Assembly (NCBI GenBank): GCA_019358915.1
Contig: JAHHIM010000028.1
Coordinates: 1 to 58,601, forward strand
DNA: 58,601 nucleotides
Reading direction: 5' to 3'
Source of the DNA: Trichormus sp. ATA11-4-KO1
Lineage (GTDB): Bacteria > Cyanobacteriota > Cyanobacteriia > Cyanobacteriales > Nostocaceae
Part shown: piece after piece, positions 1-10,115 of the stretch
How the letters are laid out: every line of letters starts with the position of its first letter
Position numbering within the stretch: the first letter of the stretch is position 1
Position numbers and translations under genes: made by a program
The notes under the pieces: model-generated
What the model saw: only the letters and a program-made list of their open reading frames with translations
Databases searched by the model: none
Told to the model about the DNA's origin: nothing

Positions 1-127
1 CCTGACTCCTGAATTCTGTTTGATAATTTTGAATTTTGAATTGATAATTTTGAATTGTTTTGCCCCCATTAATCTCTTCAATTTTGAATTTTGAATTAAT
101 AATTTTGAATTCCCCGAAGGGGTTGAC
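1..127. repeat. Right part of a composite STRR-based (AATTTTG)n repeat element
   Basis: Near-identical to 25657-25770 (cctgactcctgaattctgtttgataattttgaattttgaattgataattttgaattgttttgc) and related to the reverse complement of 7140-7235. Confidence 0.85.
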
Positions 128-727
128 ATACTCTGCTAGAGCAGAGTGAGGAATTAGTTTTTTGCTGGACTAAGCTGCTTAGTTTCTATAGCTTAAAAAT
201 ACTAGTATTTTTGTATAAATAATTTTGTCAATCTATCTTAAGATACATTTACATAATAACTAAGCAGCAACTATAGTGTTAATAAGTGCTGAATACGCGT
301 TAAGAAAATTTAATGTAGAAAAAATGACTTAGCACAATGCAACATAGCCTCAGCAATCAACTTAAAAAATACAATATAGTATATTTCTCTGCAAAAATAA
401 TTATAACTAATAGTTTTTCATGTATTAATAATACTTGCAAATATAAATAATTAAGTTTCCTGATGTTGAAGTAATAATTTTCAAACTCGTTAATTTGTAA
501 ATTATAAAAATTAAAAGAGGAAGATATTTTAATAAAAATTTAGATGCAAATTAAAGCTTACTCAGTTTTAGTAAATAGAAAAACTATGAATCAATTCAAA
601 ATTCAAAATTCAAAATTAAATACAGCCACCCACAAGGGGTGGGGTTTCTACCTACCTTGGGATACAAGGACTGTTTCGCCCACAATTCCACTCGGTTTTG
701 AACCTAACTTTTTTTTCATAAAGTTTA

Positions 728-1498
728 ATGGAAGTTTTAACTACTAATACAAAGCTGGAAATGGTTGAAATTCCTCCTGGTATTTTTATGATGGGTTCTC
801 CAGGCAATGATTTAAATAGTAATAATGATGAACAGCCACAACATGAAGTAAAGATTGAGCGTTTCTTGATGGGCAAATATCTAGTTACCCAAAAACAATG
901 GGAAAAAGTTGCTATCTTTTTTCCTGTAATTACTCAGAAATTAAACCCAAAACCATCTTTTTTCAAAGGGGGTAATCATCCTGTAGAGCAAATTTCTTGG
1001 TATGATGCGAATGAGTTTTGTGCCAGACTTTCAAAAGAGATAGGTAAAAATTATCGTTTGCCTACTGAAGCAGAATGGGAATATGCTTGTCGTGCTGGCA
1101 CTACAACGTCTTTTTATTTTGGAGAAACGATTACACCTAAATTAGCTAATTATAATAGTAAATATATTTACACTAATCAAAACTGGGAATATTTTAGGCA
1201 GCAGACAACTCCTGTAGGTAGTTTTCCCCCTAATGCTTTTGGCTTACATGATATGTCTGGAAATGTTTGGGAATGGTGTATTGATACTTGGCATGATAAT
1301 TATCATGATGCACCAATAAATGGTGCTGCCTGGGTAGATAGTAATCCTTTTCGGTTGTTACGGGGTGGTTCTTGGTATTCTCATTCTGTTAGCTGTAGGT
1401 CTGCCTACCGACATAGGTTTTCCCCAAAAAGTAAGTACGAAGATGTTGGTTTTCGGGTTGTATGTGATGATGTAGAGGCATTTTATTTTCCATCCTGA
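728..1498 (+). CDS. Formylglycine-generating enzyme (FGE/SUMF1)-domain protein
   Basis: Motifs FMMGS, PVEQISW, RLPTEAEWEYACRAG, NAFGLHDMSGNVWEW, RGGSW, GFRVV. Confidence 0.92.
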   Translation: MEVLTTNTKLEMVEIPPGIFMMGSPGNDLNSNNDEQPQHEVKIERFLMGKYLVTQKQWEKVAIFFPVITQKLNPKPSFFKGGNHPVEQISWYDANEFCARLSKEIGKNYRLPTEAEWEYACRAGTTTSFYFGETITPKLANYNSKYIYTNQNWEYFRQQTTPVGSFPPNAFGLHDMSGNVWEWCIDTWHDNYHDAPINGAAWVDSNPFRLLRGGSWYSHSVSCRSAYRHRFSPKSKYEDVGFRVVCDDVEAFYFPS

Positions 1499-1872
1499 AA
1501 TGTTGTCATTTAATTAACGCGAGTTTAATCAACTAAATCTCAAATAAGAGTTTTTGAGGCAAGCAAGTTTAAGCAACGCTCATCAACTAAGTTAAACAAA
1601 GAATTGAAATTGTAAATACTGAAAACAAGCAATAAGGCTTTGAGTCCAAGCTGAAAATAGGTTGCACTAGCTTTAAAAAATATTAACTAGTATAAGAATA
1701 TACTAGCTTTATCTCTTTTGATGTAAACTCATCTATCTAAGGACAGATTTTAAATAAGTAAAAAGCAAATATGTTATTAGAAACGGCTTGTATAAAGCAA
1801 GTATACTGTTAATAGCACTTCAGAATGAGGTCTACTGAGTCTGTAACCAACTGAAGCAGGATATTAATACAA

Positions 1873-2769
1873 ATGATAGCTATGCCAATTTCTTCATGTT
1901 CAGTTCTTAGTCCTTATATTGCTGCTGATTCGAGAGTGGATTTAGATAAACAAAACATTCTAAATTGTGCTTTTTCTACTTCCAGTGCAGCCATTAAAGC
2001 GAATAGTTATTATTTTGGACATCCTGAATGGGCAAAAAATTATTTTGAAAGCTGTCATCGTGATCAAATCTTCAAATCTTGCTGGCAGGCAGCTATGGGG
2101 AGTTGGGATAATAAAATTGTTGTAGACATTGGTTGTGGTCCGGGCAATTTGTATGCAACGCTTGGGGGAAAACCACAATTGTTAATTGGTGTAGATATTA
2201 GCTATGGAGCATTGAAAATGGCTCAACATCTTGGCTATACACCAGTGCTTGCAGATGCCCACCAACTTCCTTTCATCTCCCATTTTGCTGATGTTGTAGT
2301 ACTCAATGCTACTCTTCATCATTGTGAATACATGGATAAAGCGTTGGCAGAAGCAGCACGTTTAGTCCGTCCGGGTGGCATCCTCATCACGGATCACGAT
2401 CCTCAGTTAACTGCCTGGAACTTCCAAGGATTAGGTTTGTGGTTATGGAATTTACGTTTATCGCTATATCGGTTAATCAAACGAGGAGGTCATACTTCAG
2501 CATCTGAGCAAACTTGGGCATTAGCCAGTGAGGTTCATCACCGACCTGGAGATGGAGTAACGCCAGAACTTTACGACAAAATTCTTAAGCCTCTTGGCTT
2601 TAATGTCAAGGTTTATCCGCACAACCATACAGTTGGTGCACAAGTTTTGCAAGGTCATTACGGTAAATCTGACAAGAAATATCGCTTGGCTCAATTATGC
2701 TCTGGTATTAATCCTAATTCACCACAAGCAGCATTATCGCTTATGTGTGTAGCCACACGCCATACCTAA
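1873..2769 (+). CDS. Class I SAM-dependent methyltransferase
   Basis: VVDIGCGPG motif I, ADAHQLPF, TLHH, LVRPGG. Confidence 0.88.
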   Translation: MIAMPISSCSVLSPYIAADSRVDLDKQNILNCAFSTSSAAIKANSYYFGHPEWAKNYFESCHRDQIFKSCWQAAMGSWDNKIVVDIGCGPGNLYATLGGKPQLLIGVDISYGALKMAQHLGYTPVLADAHQLPFISHFADVVVLNATLHHCEYMDKALAEAARLVRPGGILITDHDPQLTAWNFQGLGLWLWNLRLSLYRLIKRGGHTSASEQTWALASEVHHRPGDGVTPELYDKILKPLGFNVKVYPHNHTVGAQVLQGHYGKSDKKYRLAQLCSGINPNSPQAALSLMCVATRHT

Positions 2770-2808
2770 AAAAGCTATATCTACCTTTACTTATCCACTA
2801 CTTTTGAT

Positions 2809-2973
2809 ATGCAACTGTTCGATTGGATTTGCTCAAACTTTCGCTGGTATCGCCGTCTGCGGCATGGGCAGTGGTGGCAAGTAGAAATTCCCTTATTTGA
2901 TGGTTCCCAAATTACTTGGGTGCATAATAGACCTGAATCTGAGTGTTACATTTTACAAACAGAGAAATACTAG
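2809..2973 (+). CDS. Small Trp-rich hypothetical protein (54 aa, MQLFDWICSNFRWYRRLRHGQWWQVEIPLF...)
   Basis: ATG..TAG ORF read by hand, starting 40 nt after the methyltransferase on the same strand; below the ORF-track size cutoff. Confidence 0.5.
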   Translation: MQLFDWICSNFRWYRRLRHGQWWQVEIPLFDGSQITWVHNRPESECYILQTEKY

Positions 2974-3203
2974 AACATCGATTCAGTAATGCAGACATGA
3001 GTAGTTTTTAAGTGAATTACCAGCAGCAGGAATTAGAGCCGGAGAGCGTTTTACGTTATAGTTCTTCCAAAGATAAGTGTCCATTCTGTTGCAATATCAT
3101 CAGTTACTAAGAAGCCTTAACCCAGCAGAAATACTGTTAGTCTAGTGCACACTCCCTGGCAAGTAGAGCCGTTGATCCGTTGTATTGCATGACTTAGCAG
3201 TAG

Positions 3204-4181
3204 ATGGTAGATTTGATTGGAAAAAATTCGATAACTAGGATAAATATGAGCAAAAATAAGCAAAAAATTCTTGATTTTCATGTTCGAGATTCATGCTCAG
3301 GAATCTGGAGAAGAGTTTCTAAATATTATCGTCAAACCAAAACTAATCCTCTTTGGCTTTTAATGTTTATTACTGGTCGATTTAATATTATTCGTCATCT
3401 GGTTATTTCTTTTTCTCAACAGCCTATAAGATATAAAAAATATCAAGATTTATCTATATTTTCAAACCTAGAAGTTGATGAAATTGTCACTTCTTTAAAA
3501 CAAGACGGTATTTACATTGGCATTCATCTACCTGATAGTATCCTTCAAGAACTTCTTAATTTTGCTCAGAATAATAGGTGTTATGGAGATGGTAATTACA
3601 ATTATGGATTCTTATATACTGATAAAGCCAGAGCAGAAAATGACTACGGACAATCTTTTATCCGAGGCGACTATTATAACACTACTTTGCTTTGTCCAGT
3701 AATAAAAAGAATAGCCAGTGATCCAAAAGTTTTAGAAATAGCTCATAAATATTTAGAAAAAGATCCTGTCTTCATAGGTAGTCAACTACACTGGGTTTTT
3801 GTAAAAAGAACAAAATATGACTTAAATAAAGCAGCGATGAATTTTCATTATGATTTAAATGACTACCGCAATTTGATATTTTTCTTTTATCTAACTGACG
3901 TCAACTTATCGAGCAGTCCCCATGTGTACATCCGTGGTAGTCACAAACGCAAAAAACTAAGTTATATTTTATCCTTATTTAGACGACAGTCTGATGCAGA
4001 ACTACTGACTTATTATGGATCAGATCGGTGGTTAACTATTTGTGGAAAAGCTGGTTTTGGCTTTGTAGAAGACGTATTCGCTTTTCATAAAGCTACACCT
4101 CCAATTTCCCAAGATCGTTTGCTATTGCAAATAAAATTTGGAATTCATGATTATGGTGAATACAATAATTGTATATATTAA
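3204..4181 (+). CDS. PhyH-like Fe(II)/2-oxoglutarate dioxygenase
   Basis: HxD (FHYD) plus distal His (FHKATPP), FYLTDV, YIRGSH; the real start may be the ATG at 3246. Confidence 0.7.
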   Translation: MVDLIGKNSITRINMSKNKQKILDFHVRDSCSGIWRRVSKYYRQTKTNPLWLLMFITGRFNIIRHLVISFSQQPIRYKKYQDLSIFSNLEVDEIVTSLKQDGIYIGIHLPDSILQELLNFAQNNRCYGDGNYNYGFLYTDKARAENDYGQSFIRGDYYNTTLLCPVIKRIASDPKVLEIAHKYLEKDPVFIGSQLHWVFVKRTKYDLNKAAMNFHYDLNDYRNLIFFFYLTDVNLSSSPHVYIRGSHKRKKLSYILSLFRRQSDAELLTYYGSDRWLTICGKAGFGFVEDVFAFHKATPPISQDRLLLQIKFGIHDYGEYNNCIY

Positions 4182-4254
4182 ACTTTATACAAGAGCGAAA
4201 ATAAACTAATACAACATTGGCTATTTTTTATTTAGATAACCATTTTTACCATTA

Positions 4255-4444
4255 ATAACTGACTCCTGACAAAAATTCCTCAAAACCCTGATACACACTT
4301 TCATCGGAGCGTAAATCAGTAATATTGAATTCTTTCCGCATCAGCCCCAACCGGAACATTACATTTGAAAGACAACCACTTAGTGGGGATTCAGAAGAGC
4401 TACTAATTGATTCCTGAATTCTGACTTCTAAGTTCTTCTTCAAA
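4255..4444. repeat. STRR-flanked MITE-like remnant
   Basis: ctgactcctg and tcctgaattctgacttct heptamers, internal ccacttagtgg palindrome, ends ttcttcttcaa like other elements of the family. Confidence 0.5.
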
Positions 4445-4475
4445 GCTTGCTCAACCTCCTTGCTATCATGACAGT

Positions 4476-5141
4476 ATGCTGCCGAAAAAGGAGATGTCAG
4501 TCATGTTTGCCCTTGTTTCTCCAGACAAGACTCAATTGCCTCCTGGTGCTGTAGTACGCCTACCTGCTACTTGGCAAGAGTACCAGCAGTTATGTGAACA
4601 ACGGGGAGATGGGTCAATTCCGCGTATAAAATACCGTAGTGGAGAAGTATTGCTGATGTCCCCATTACCAGTACATGGTCGAGATGCCCATTTACTGGCC
4701 AACATTGTGACTACGCTATTAGATCACGATGAGCGAGAATATGATGCGTTTACACCAGTCACCATGAGCTTACCCCAAGAAAGCGGGATTGAGCCAGATT
4801 ATTGCTTTTATATCGATAACTGGCAAGCTGTATCAGGTAAAAAACGTATTGACTGGGAACAAGATCCACCTCCCGATTTGGTAATTGAAATTGATGTCAC
4901 CAGCTATTCTGATGTCAAAGATTATCTCCCCTATCGTATTCCTGAAGTTTGGTTATTTAGGAATCAGCAGTTATTGATTCATCAACTACAAGGTGAAGAT
5001 TATCAACTGCAAACCCACAGCCGCTATTTCCCTGACTTTGATTTGTTAAGTGCGGTCGCTCGTTGTGTGCAAATTGCCTATGACAGAAATACTAGTGCCG
5101 CCATCCGTGATCTTAAACGAAGCTTACCACCAAGCCACTAA
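4476..5141 (+). CDS. Uma2-family (PD-(D/E)xK) endonuclease
   Basis: TWQEY, MSPLPVH, IEPDYCFY, PPPDLVIEIDVTS, IPEVW. Confidence 0.92.
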   Translation: MLPKKEMSVMFALVSPDKTQLPPGAVVRLPATWQEYQQLCEQRGDGSIPRIKYRSGEVLLMSPLPVHGRDAHLLANIVTTLLDHDEREYDAFTPVTMSLPQESGIEPDYCFYIDNWQAVSGKKRIDWEQDPPPDLVIEIDVTSYSDVKDYLPYRIPEVWLFRNQQLLIHQLQGEDYQLQTHSRYFPDFDLLSAVARCVQIAYDRNTSAAIRDLKRSLPPSH

Positions 5142-5157
5142 GTAGCTTGGCAATGAA

Positions 5158-5328
5158 GAGTGCTGAGTTAAAAGTGCTGAGTGCTGAGTTAAAAGACCGC
5201 CCACAATTCGCGTGGTATCAACCTTCTCCTAATTATAAGATTCCGCCCACAATTCGCGTGGCATTTACCGAGTGCAAAAGTGCCGAGTATTCTTTTTATT
5301 ACTCAGCACTCAGCACTCAGCACTGAGT
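5158..5328. repeat. Inverted (GTGCTGA)n STRR arms around two 19-bp direct repeats, between convergent genes
   Basis: gtgctgagt arms versus actcagcac arms; ccgcccacaattcgcgtgg at 5197-5215 and 5243-5261. Confidence 0.75.
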
Positions 5329-5338
5329 CCAGTAAACC

Positions 5339-5887
5339 TCAAGAATGCCGCCAAAAGCTCTTAGGCAGAGACTTGAGGCTGACAGTTTGTTGTTCAGGTT
5401 TCGAGACTTCTATCGTCTGTGGGACAGTTACAGAAGGAGATAGCAGCAAAGCACTGAGTATCTCACGCTGATGGTCAACATCTGCTACGCTTTGATAAAT
5501 TGTGTATGGGTCTATCTTCATTCCCAAAGGCGTAGGAACAATCTGTAGATATTCGTTTATCGCTTGTAAGTACCAACCGTCAAAATTGCCATTAACCACA
5601 TAAGGACGCAGAGTGTTGAGTAGTTGTATCGCTCTCCTGATTTCCGAAATATTGCGACTACCATCTATCTCAGACTGGCTCTCTTGATAGCCTTTAGCTT
5701 TCTTTTCAGCTACTAACTGATAATATTTGAAAACCGCTCTTTGATTGCTTGCCAAAGAATGTACTTTCGTTTGAGATGAATATCCGACTCTCCCCCATTT
5801 GATAATCAGTTGATTATCTTCGACTTTGGCCGACCAAAACTTGTTGCTGTTACAAACAGCATTGACATAAACAAGGTATGTTTCCAT
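5339..5887 (-). CDS. WGR-domain protein
   Basis: SNKFW...IKWGRVG...EKKAKGY is the WGR signature. Confidence 0.85.
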   Translation of the reverse strand: METYLVYVNAVCNSNKFWSAKVEDNQLIIKWGRVGYSSQTKVHSLASNQRAVFKYYQLVAEKKAKGYQESQSEIDGSRNISEIRRAIQLLNTLRPYVVNGNFDGWYLQAINEYLQIVPTPLGMKIDPYTIYQSVADVDHQREILSALLLSPSVTVPQTIEVSKPEQQTVSLKSLPKSFWRHS

Positions 5888-6039
5888 TGTTTTTACTGTA
5901 TCTGGTTAATGATTCACCACAGCCTGGGCATTGCCCCATCGCAATTGATGCTGTAGTGCTTCCAAGAGAGTTTCAGTCTCTTCTCTGGTTATTCCTTCTA
6001 GTTGATTACAAACATCTTCACTTGTCCGGCGCGTAGCGG

Positions 6040-6264
6040 TTATCTTCCACTACCTCGCTCATCGAATTCTGGCAATACAACAATAGGGCGGCATTTGGGA
6101 GGATGCCCTGGTTGTTCGCCATCCTCGCACCAGGGAAGAGAGGCGCTAGCTGACAAGAGAATCAAAAGACTGGGGACAGAGGCAATTGCTGCTAGTACAG
6201 CTGCACGAATCAATATCCCCACTAGGGTACGATAGCCTAGCGGGGTTAAACGATATGTCAACAT
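6040..6264 (-). CDS. Secreted PatS/PatX-like peptide precursor ending DERGSGR
   Basis: GAGGA RBS, hydrophobic N-terminus with ASA cleavage-like site, Pro-rich linker, terminal ERGSGR followed by stop. Confidence 0.7.
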   Translation of the reverse strand: MLTYRLTPLGYRTLVGILIRAAVLAAIASVPSLLILLSASASLPWCEDGEQPGHPPKCRPIVVLPEFDERGSGR

Positions 6265-6340
6265 TAGCTAAAATCCTCAAAAATTAAGTGGCCACCTCAC
6301 TAAATTGCAGAGGCGATGTCTACAGCAACTCTAGGGAACA

Positions 6341-7072
6341 TCATCGATTAATTAACAAAATGACCGCAGCAACATTAGTGCCACTAGTTTTAAAACTTCC
6401 AGCTTCAACTGGAATAATTTTTGTATCAACAAACTTCAGCCAATCTTTAAAACGTTTTTCGGAGCAGTTGTTTGAGTGCTGCCAGTGTGTTGATGCTACA
6501 CTGACAATGCGTCCACCAGAATTCAGTAACGTATACATTTCCTGAATGTGGACAATATCTTGATTCCGGCTAAACGGAGGATTTGCAATTATTCTGTCGT
6601 AGGTAGTGCCATCATTCTGAAGAAAGTCTGCACCTTTCAAATTAACTATAGATAGCTTCTTCAAAAATGATTGGTTTAAGTCCATAAGTTCGTAACAATC
6701 AACCGTCTTACCCGGAAGCACTTTGTTAATCGCTTTGATTAACGCTCCTCTACCAGCACTTGGCTCTAAAATGCTGTGAGACTTTTTGATATCTGCCAGT
6801 GCTACAATTTTGTCTGTCAGTGGTTGAGGAGTTTCAAAAAATTGATACTCCTTGCTTAAATTACGATTTTCCCCACTAGCTATCTGCATCAATAATTCTG
6901 TTGGGTCTTGCTCAAAAATAAAGCCCGAAACCCTTCCACCTTTCCACTTACCACCAATCAAATTTATTTTCTTCGCCACATCCAGATAAGTCTTGCGGTC
7001 TAGCTGAATGCCCGGAAGTCTAACGATGTTACCTTCTACAGTGCATTGCTGCAATATTTTTTCTACTGTCAT
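6341..7072 (-). CDS. Orphan amino-type DNA methyltransferase (NPPF)
   Basis: FFETP, ILEPSAGRG, IIANPPF; start placed at MTVEK because of the GAGG RBS. Confidence 0.8.
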   Translation of the reverse strand: MTVEKILQQCTVEGNIVRLPGIQLDRKTYLDVAKKINLIGGKWKGGRVSGFIFEQDPTELLMQIASGENRNLSKEYQFFETPQPLTDKIVALADIKKSHSILEPSAGRGALIKAINKVLPGKTVDCYELMDLNQSFLKKLSIVNLKGADFLQNDGTTYDRIIANPPFSRNQDIVHIQEMYTLLNSGGRIVSVASTHWQHSNNCSEKRFKDWLKFVDTKIIPVEAGSFKTSGTNVAAVILLINR

Positions 7073-7138
7073 TTCCAAAAACCTCACATGAAAACTGGGC
7101 GATTGCGTTCTCGCGCAAAAAGGAGGCAATCGCCCAGG

Positions 7139-7448
7139 TCAAATCAATTCAAAATTCAAAATTATTAATTCAAAATTAAAGACAATCAGTCGGGGCAAAA
7201 CAATTCAAAATTATCAATTCAAAATTCAAAATTATTTCTTCTTCATTTTGCATTTTGCATTTTGCATTTTGCATTTTGAATTCCCGTAGGGGACTCACCA
7301 CTGATTGTAGACCACTGAACAAAGTTCAGTGGGAGCCTGTACTCGGAATGAATTAATTCAAAATTATTTCCATTCTTCATTTTGTACAGCCTGGCGGCAT
7401 CCGGAGGCTCTATTTTGAATTTTGCATTTTGAATTCAAAAAAGGTCAA
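7139..7448. repeat. Composite STRR (TTCAAAA/TTTTGCA)n element with palindromic core and a nested short repeat
   Basis: Collinear with the reverse complement of 25315-25785; core ccactgaacaaagttcagtgg; insert gtacagcctggcggcatccggaggctct at 7384-7411. Confidence 0.85.
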
Positions 7449-7472
7449 CTATCAGAGACAATCGCCTGTTTG

Positions 7473-9092
7473 TTAATTCAAGTTAAAACGAGAAGTCCGT
7501 AGAGATTTGCTAGGTCTGGGAGCGATCGCACTAGAAGCAGCCCTGGCAGTTTTCGCCCAAGCCTGCATTCTTTCGACAGAAGCAGCATCTTGGACAGCAA
7601 GCGGTGTAATCGTCTGACGACACGCTTCCAGATCCCCAAGCGTTATCTGCTGCGGTCGGCCTTCATCGAACGCCAGTAGTGCAGCTTCGGCTGCCAGTGT
7701 CTCTAATTCCGCACCGGAGAATTTTGCAGTGTTGGCTGCGATCGCCTCCAAATATTCATCCTCAACGCAGATGCCAAATCGCTCCAGGTGAATCCGCAAT
7801 ATCTGCGCCCGTTCAGGCTCAGACGGCAAATCGACAAAGAAATTTTCGTCAAAGCGGCCTTTCCTCTTGAGTTCACTAGGCAGCGCTGATGGGTCATTGC
7901 AAGTGGCTACGACAAACACCCCGGCTGTACACTCACTCATGAATGTGAGGATATTGCCCAGGATTCTTTGTGAAACTCCAGAACTATCACCCTGACCAGA
8001 TAAGGCTTTCTCAATTTCGTCAAGCCACAAAACGCACGGTGCGATCGCTTCTGCCGTCTTGAGTGCGCGGCGGACATTGCCCTCAGATTCGCCCACCAAA
8101 GAACCGAGCATCGAGGCGATGTCTAGTTGCAATAGTGGTAAATTGAGGATATTCGCAATGTTTTTGGCACAGTGGGACTTACCCGTTCCCGGCGGGCCAG
8201 CCAATAGCACACCCTTGGGTTGTGGCAGATGCAGCGATCGCGCTTCTTGTGTAAACAGTCGCCGCCGCCGTTGCAGCCACTCGCGTAACAAATCGAGTCC
8301 CCCAAAGGGAATTGTTGCGGGTTTACCCAACTCGATGCCCATTTGAGAGAGCAGCCGGGTTTTGTACTCGACCACCTTGGTAATGATACTGGTATCAATT
8401 GTAATGCCAGCACTACTCAAACTTTCTTTGACCGTGAGCCTCAGAAAATCGCTGATTTCTTCTAGCGTTAATCCCAGCGCTGCCCTTGCCAAAGTTTCTT
8501 TATTTTCGTCAGAAAGCAGGATTCGGAAGGAAACTTCCTGTTCGGAGGCTGATTCCTTTAAATACTGCAAGTAAGATTCCAAATGCTCCTGGACTTGTTC
8601 GATGGTCGGTAGAGGCACTTCTGCAAAGGGAATCAGCCGCACCAAAGACTCGTGCAATTCAATGTTTTGTCCTAGAAAAATAATGCGTTTTTCCGTGGGT
8701 TTGAGTCTGTGGTAGAGGTTTTTAACCCTGGTGAGAATTTCCCAACTCAATTGAGGAGAATTTTTACCTACAAAGGGATGAATGTCACCCAGGACAAATA
8801 CACCTACACCATCGAAACTGTTGATGTACTCGAAAATGTACAACAACGGGTCAGCGTGAGGAGGTCTTTTATACTCTGGTACTGGCTTGAAAACCAATCC
8901 ACCGTCATCAGCTATAAGACATTGCTCCAGACTCGATACTCCCAGATTCCAGAAGAACACCGGACTCTCAAGCTTTTCTTGTGCCTGTGTAGTCAACCAC
9001 TGTACAATTGTGGCTTCTTCTGGGGCAAGCACCTCTAACGCCACAATGGGGATTTGAGAATCTAGAGTAGCAAAGATATTATTTAGGTTCAT
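7473..9092 (-). CDS. Ycf46-like AAA+ ATPase
   Basis: GGLDLLREWL, PKGVLLAGPPGTGKS, LWLDEIEK, RKGRFDENFFVDLP. Confidence 0.9.
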   Translation of the reverse strand: MNLNNIFATLDSQIPIVALEVLAPEEATIVQWLTTQAQEKLESPVFFWNLGVSSLEQCLIADDGGLVFKPVPEYKRPPHADPLLYIFEYINSFDGVGVFVLGDIHPFVGKNSPQLSWEILTRVKNLYHRLKPTEKRIIFLGQNIELHESLVRLIPFAEVPLPTIEQVQEHLESYLQYLKESASEQEVSFRILLSDENKETLARAALGLTLEEISDFLRLTVKESLSSAGITIDTSIITKVVEYKTRLLSQMGIELGKPATIPFGGLDLLREWLQRRRRLFTQEARSLHLPQPKGVLLAGPPGTGKSHCAKNIANILNLPLLQLDIASMLGSLVGESEGNVRRALKTAEAIAPCVLWLDEIEKALSGQGDSSGVSQRILGNILTFMSECTAGVFVVATCNDPSALPSELKRKGRFDENFFVDLPSEPERAQILRIHLERFGICVEDEYLEAIAANTAKFSGAELETLAAEAALLAFDEGRPQQITLGDLEACRQTITPLAVQDAASVERMQAWAKTARAASSAIAPRPSKSLRTSRFNLN

Positions 9093-9337
9093 TGTGATTG
9101 TTTATACGGTAATGGTAGGAGTTCGTCGTGAGTTTTTACCAGTTTTACGACTACCTCATGAAGTTCGGCATCGCCGTCAAAAATCTCCGCAGTTCCATCA
9201 CTAAAGGCAATGGCTGAAACTAAAGCATTAATCAATACACACAGACCCTCTGTATTGCCTTTGATTATGATTGGTTCTCTGGCTTGAGTAGCGGCGTAAA
9301 TATGAACCATTGCGTATTCTTTGGGTAATTCGTTCAT
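9089..9337 (-). CDS. Hypothetical protein
   Basis: Stop overlaps the AAA start (ATGA); operon context. Confidence 0.7.
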   Translation of the reverse strand: MNELPKEYAMVHIYAATQAREPIIIKGNTEGLCVLINALVSAIAFSDGTAEIFDGDAELHEVVVKLVKTHDELLPLPYKQSQ

Positions 9338-9345
9338 CCTGTTTG

Positions 9346-9855
9346 TTACCTAATACACCATTCAATACCCAGGGATTCACATATTGTTTCGTAATGCACA
9401 CCTTCCAAATAGCTATTGACTCCATAAAATGTGCAATACTCAAAATTTCTGGGGTCACTTTTGTAATCAGTACCCTCCAAGGAAAGCATTTCATCGGTAT
9501 GAATCGGACTGTAGTACCTGACAAGCAACCCCAAACCGAGGTCATGACGAAAGCTATGCCATTTTGCTCTATTTAACCAGTCGTTTAGGCACTTTGCGTC
9601 GTCCTCCAGTTCTCCATGATTTGGATAATAATCATCTTGCTTTTCCCAACAAGCAGTTAAGGTGCATCGCCCAGCATTTTGAACAGCTTCTTCCAAATGC
9701 TCACGAGTAAAATAGGAAAATGCAAGATCAATATGTGGCTCAAAGTTCAGCGCCCACATCAGTTTTTTAACTTCTCTCACACTTAACCAAACTGTTAAAC
9801 CGAACTCGCCCCAAATCCTGGCTTTGCTGTTTGACCGAACTTTTCCTATTTGCAT
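9346..9855 (-). CDS. Hypothetical protein
   Basis: GGAG RBS; operon context. Confidence 0.7.
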   Translation of the reverse strand: MQIGKVRSNSKARIWGEFGLTVWLSVREVKKLMWALNFEPHIDLAFSYFTREHLEEAVQNAGRCTLTACWEKQDDYYPNHGELEDDAKCLNDWLNRAKWHSFRHDLGLGLLVRYYSPIHTDEMLSLEGTDYKSDPRNFEYCTFYGVNSYLEGVHYETICESLGIEWCIR

Positions 9856-9905
9856 GAGTATCTCCGAAAAGATTTAGGGGGAACTCGACCATTCCCCCCT
9901 TTCTG

Positions 9906-10115
9906 TTATTGTCTTATGCGTGTTTGATGTGTCGAAGTATTCCGTAGCTGCTGGGTTTGCGCTTCATCTTTGAAAGTGCGATCGCCCACAACACCCAACG
10001 CTTCCTCGAACGGCTGCGTCGCTTCCAGGCAGGACAGCCCTTCAAAACCCTCAGCTTCTACTCGCACTTCACCAGTCAATTTATCGAAATGTATCAGTAT
10101 TGAGCGTTCCATCAA
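9906..10115 (-). CDS. DUF2997-family protein
   Basis: GEVRVEAEGFEGLSCLEATQPFEEALG; adjacent to DUF1257. Confidence 0.8.
   Translation of the reverse strand: MMERSILIHFDKLTGEVRVEAEGFEGLSCLEATQPFEEALGVVGDRTFKDEAQTQQLRNTSTHQTRIRQ

Noticed and set aside
544..747. 67-aa ORF upstream of the FGE gene
   Set aside because: It runs through a TTCAAAA repeat remnant (FKIQNSKL) and is probably spurious
5197..5261. Two 19-bp direct repeats with a 27-bp spacer as a mini CRISPR array
   Set aside because: Only two short copies, embedded in an STRR-armed repeat element, with no cas genes in the window
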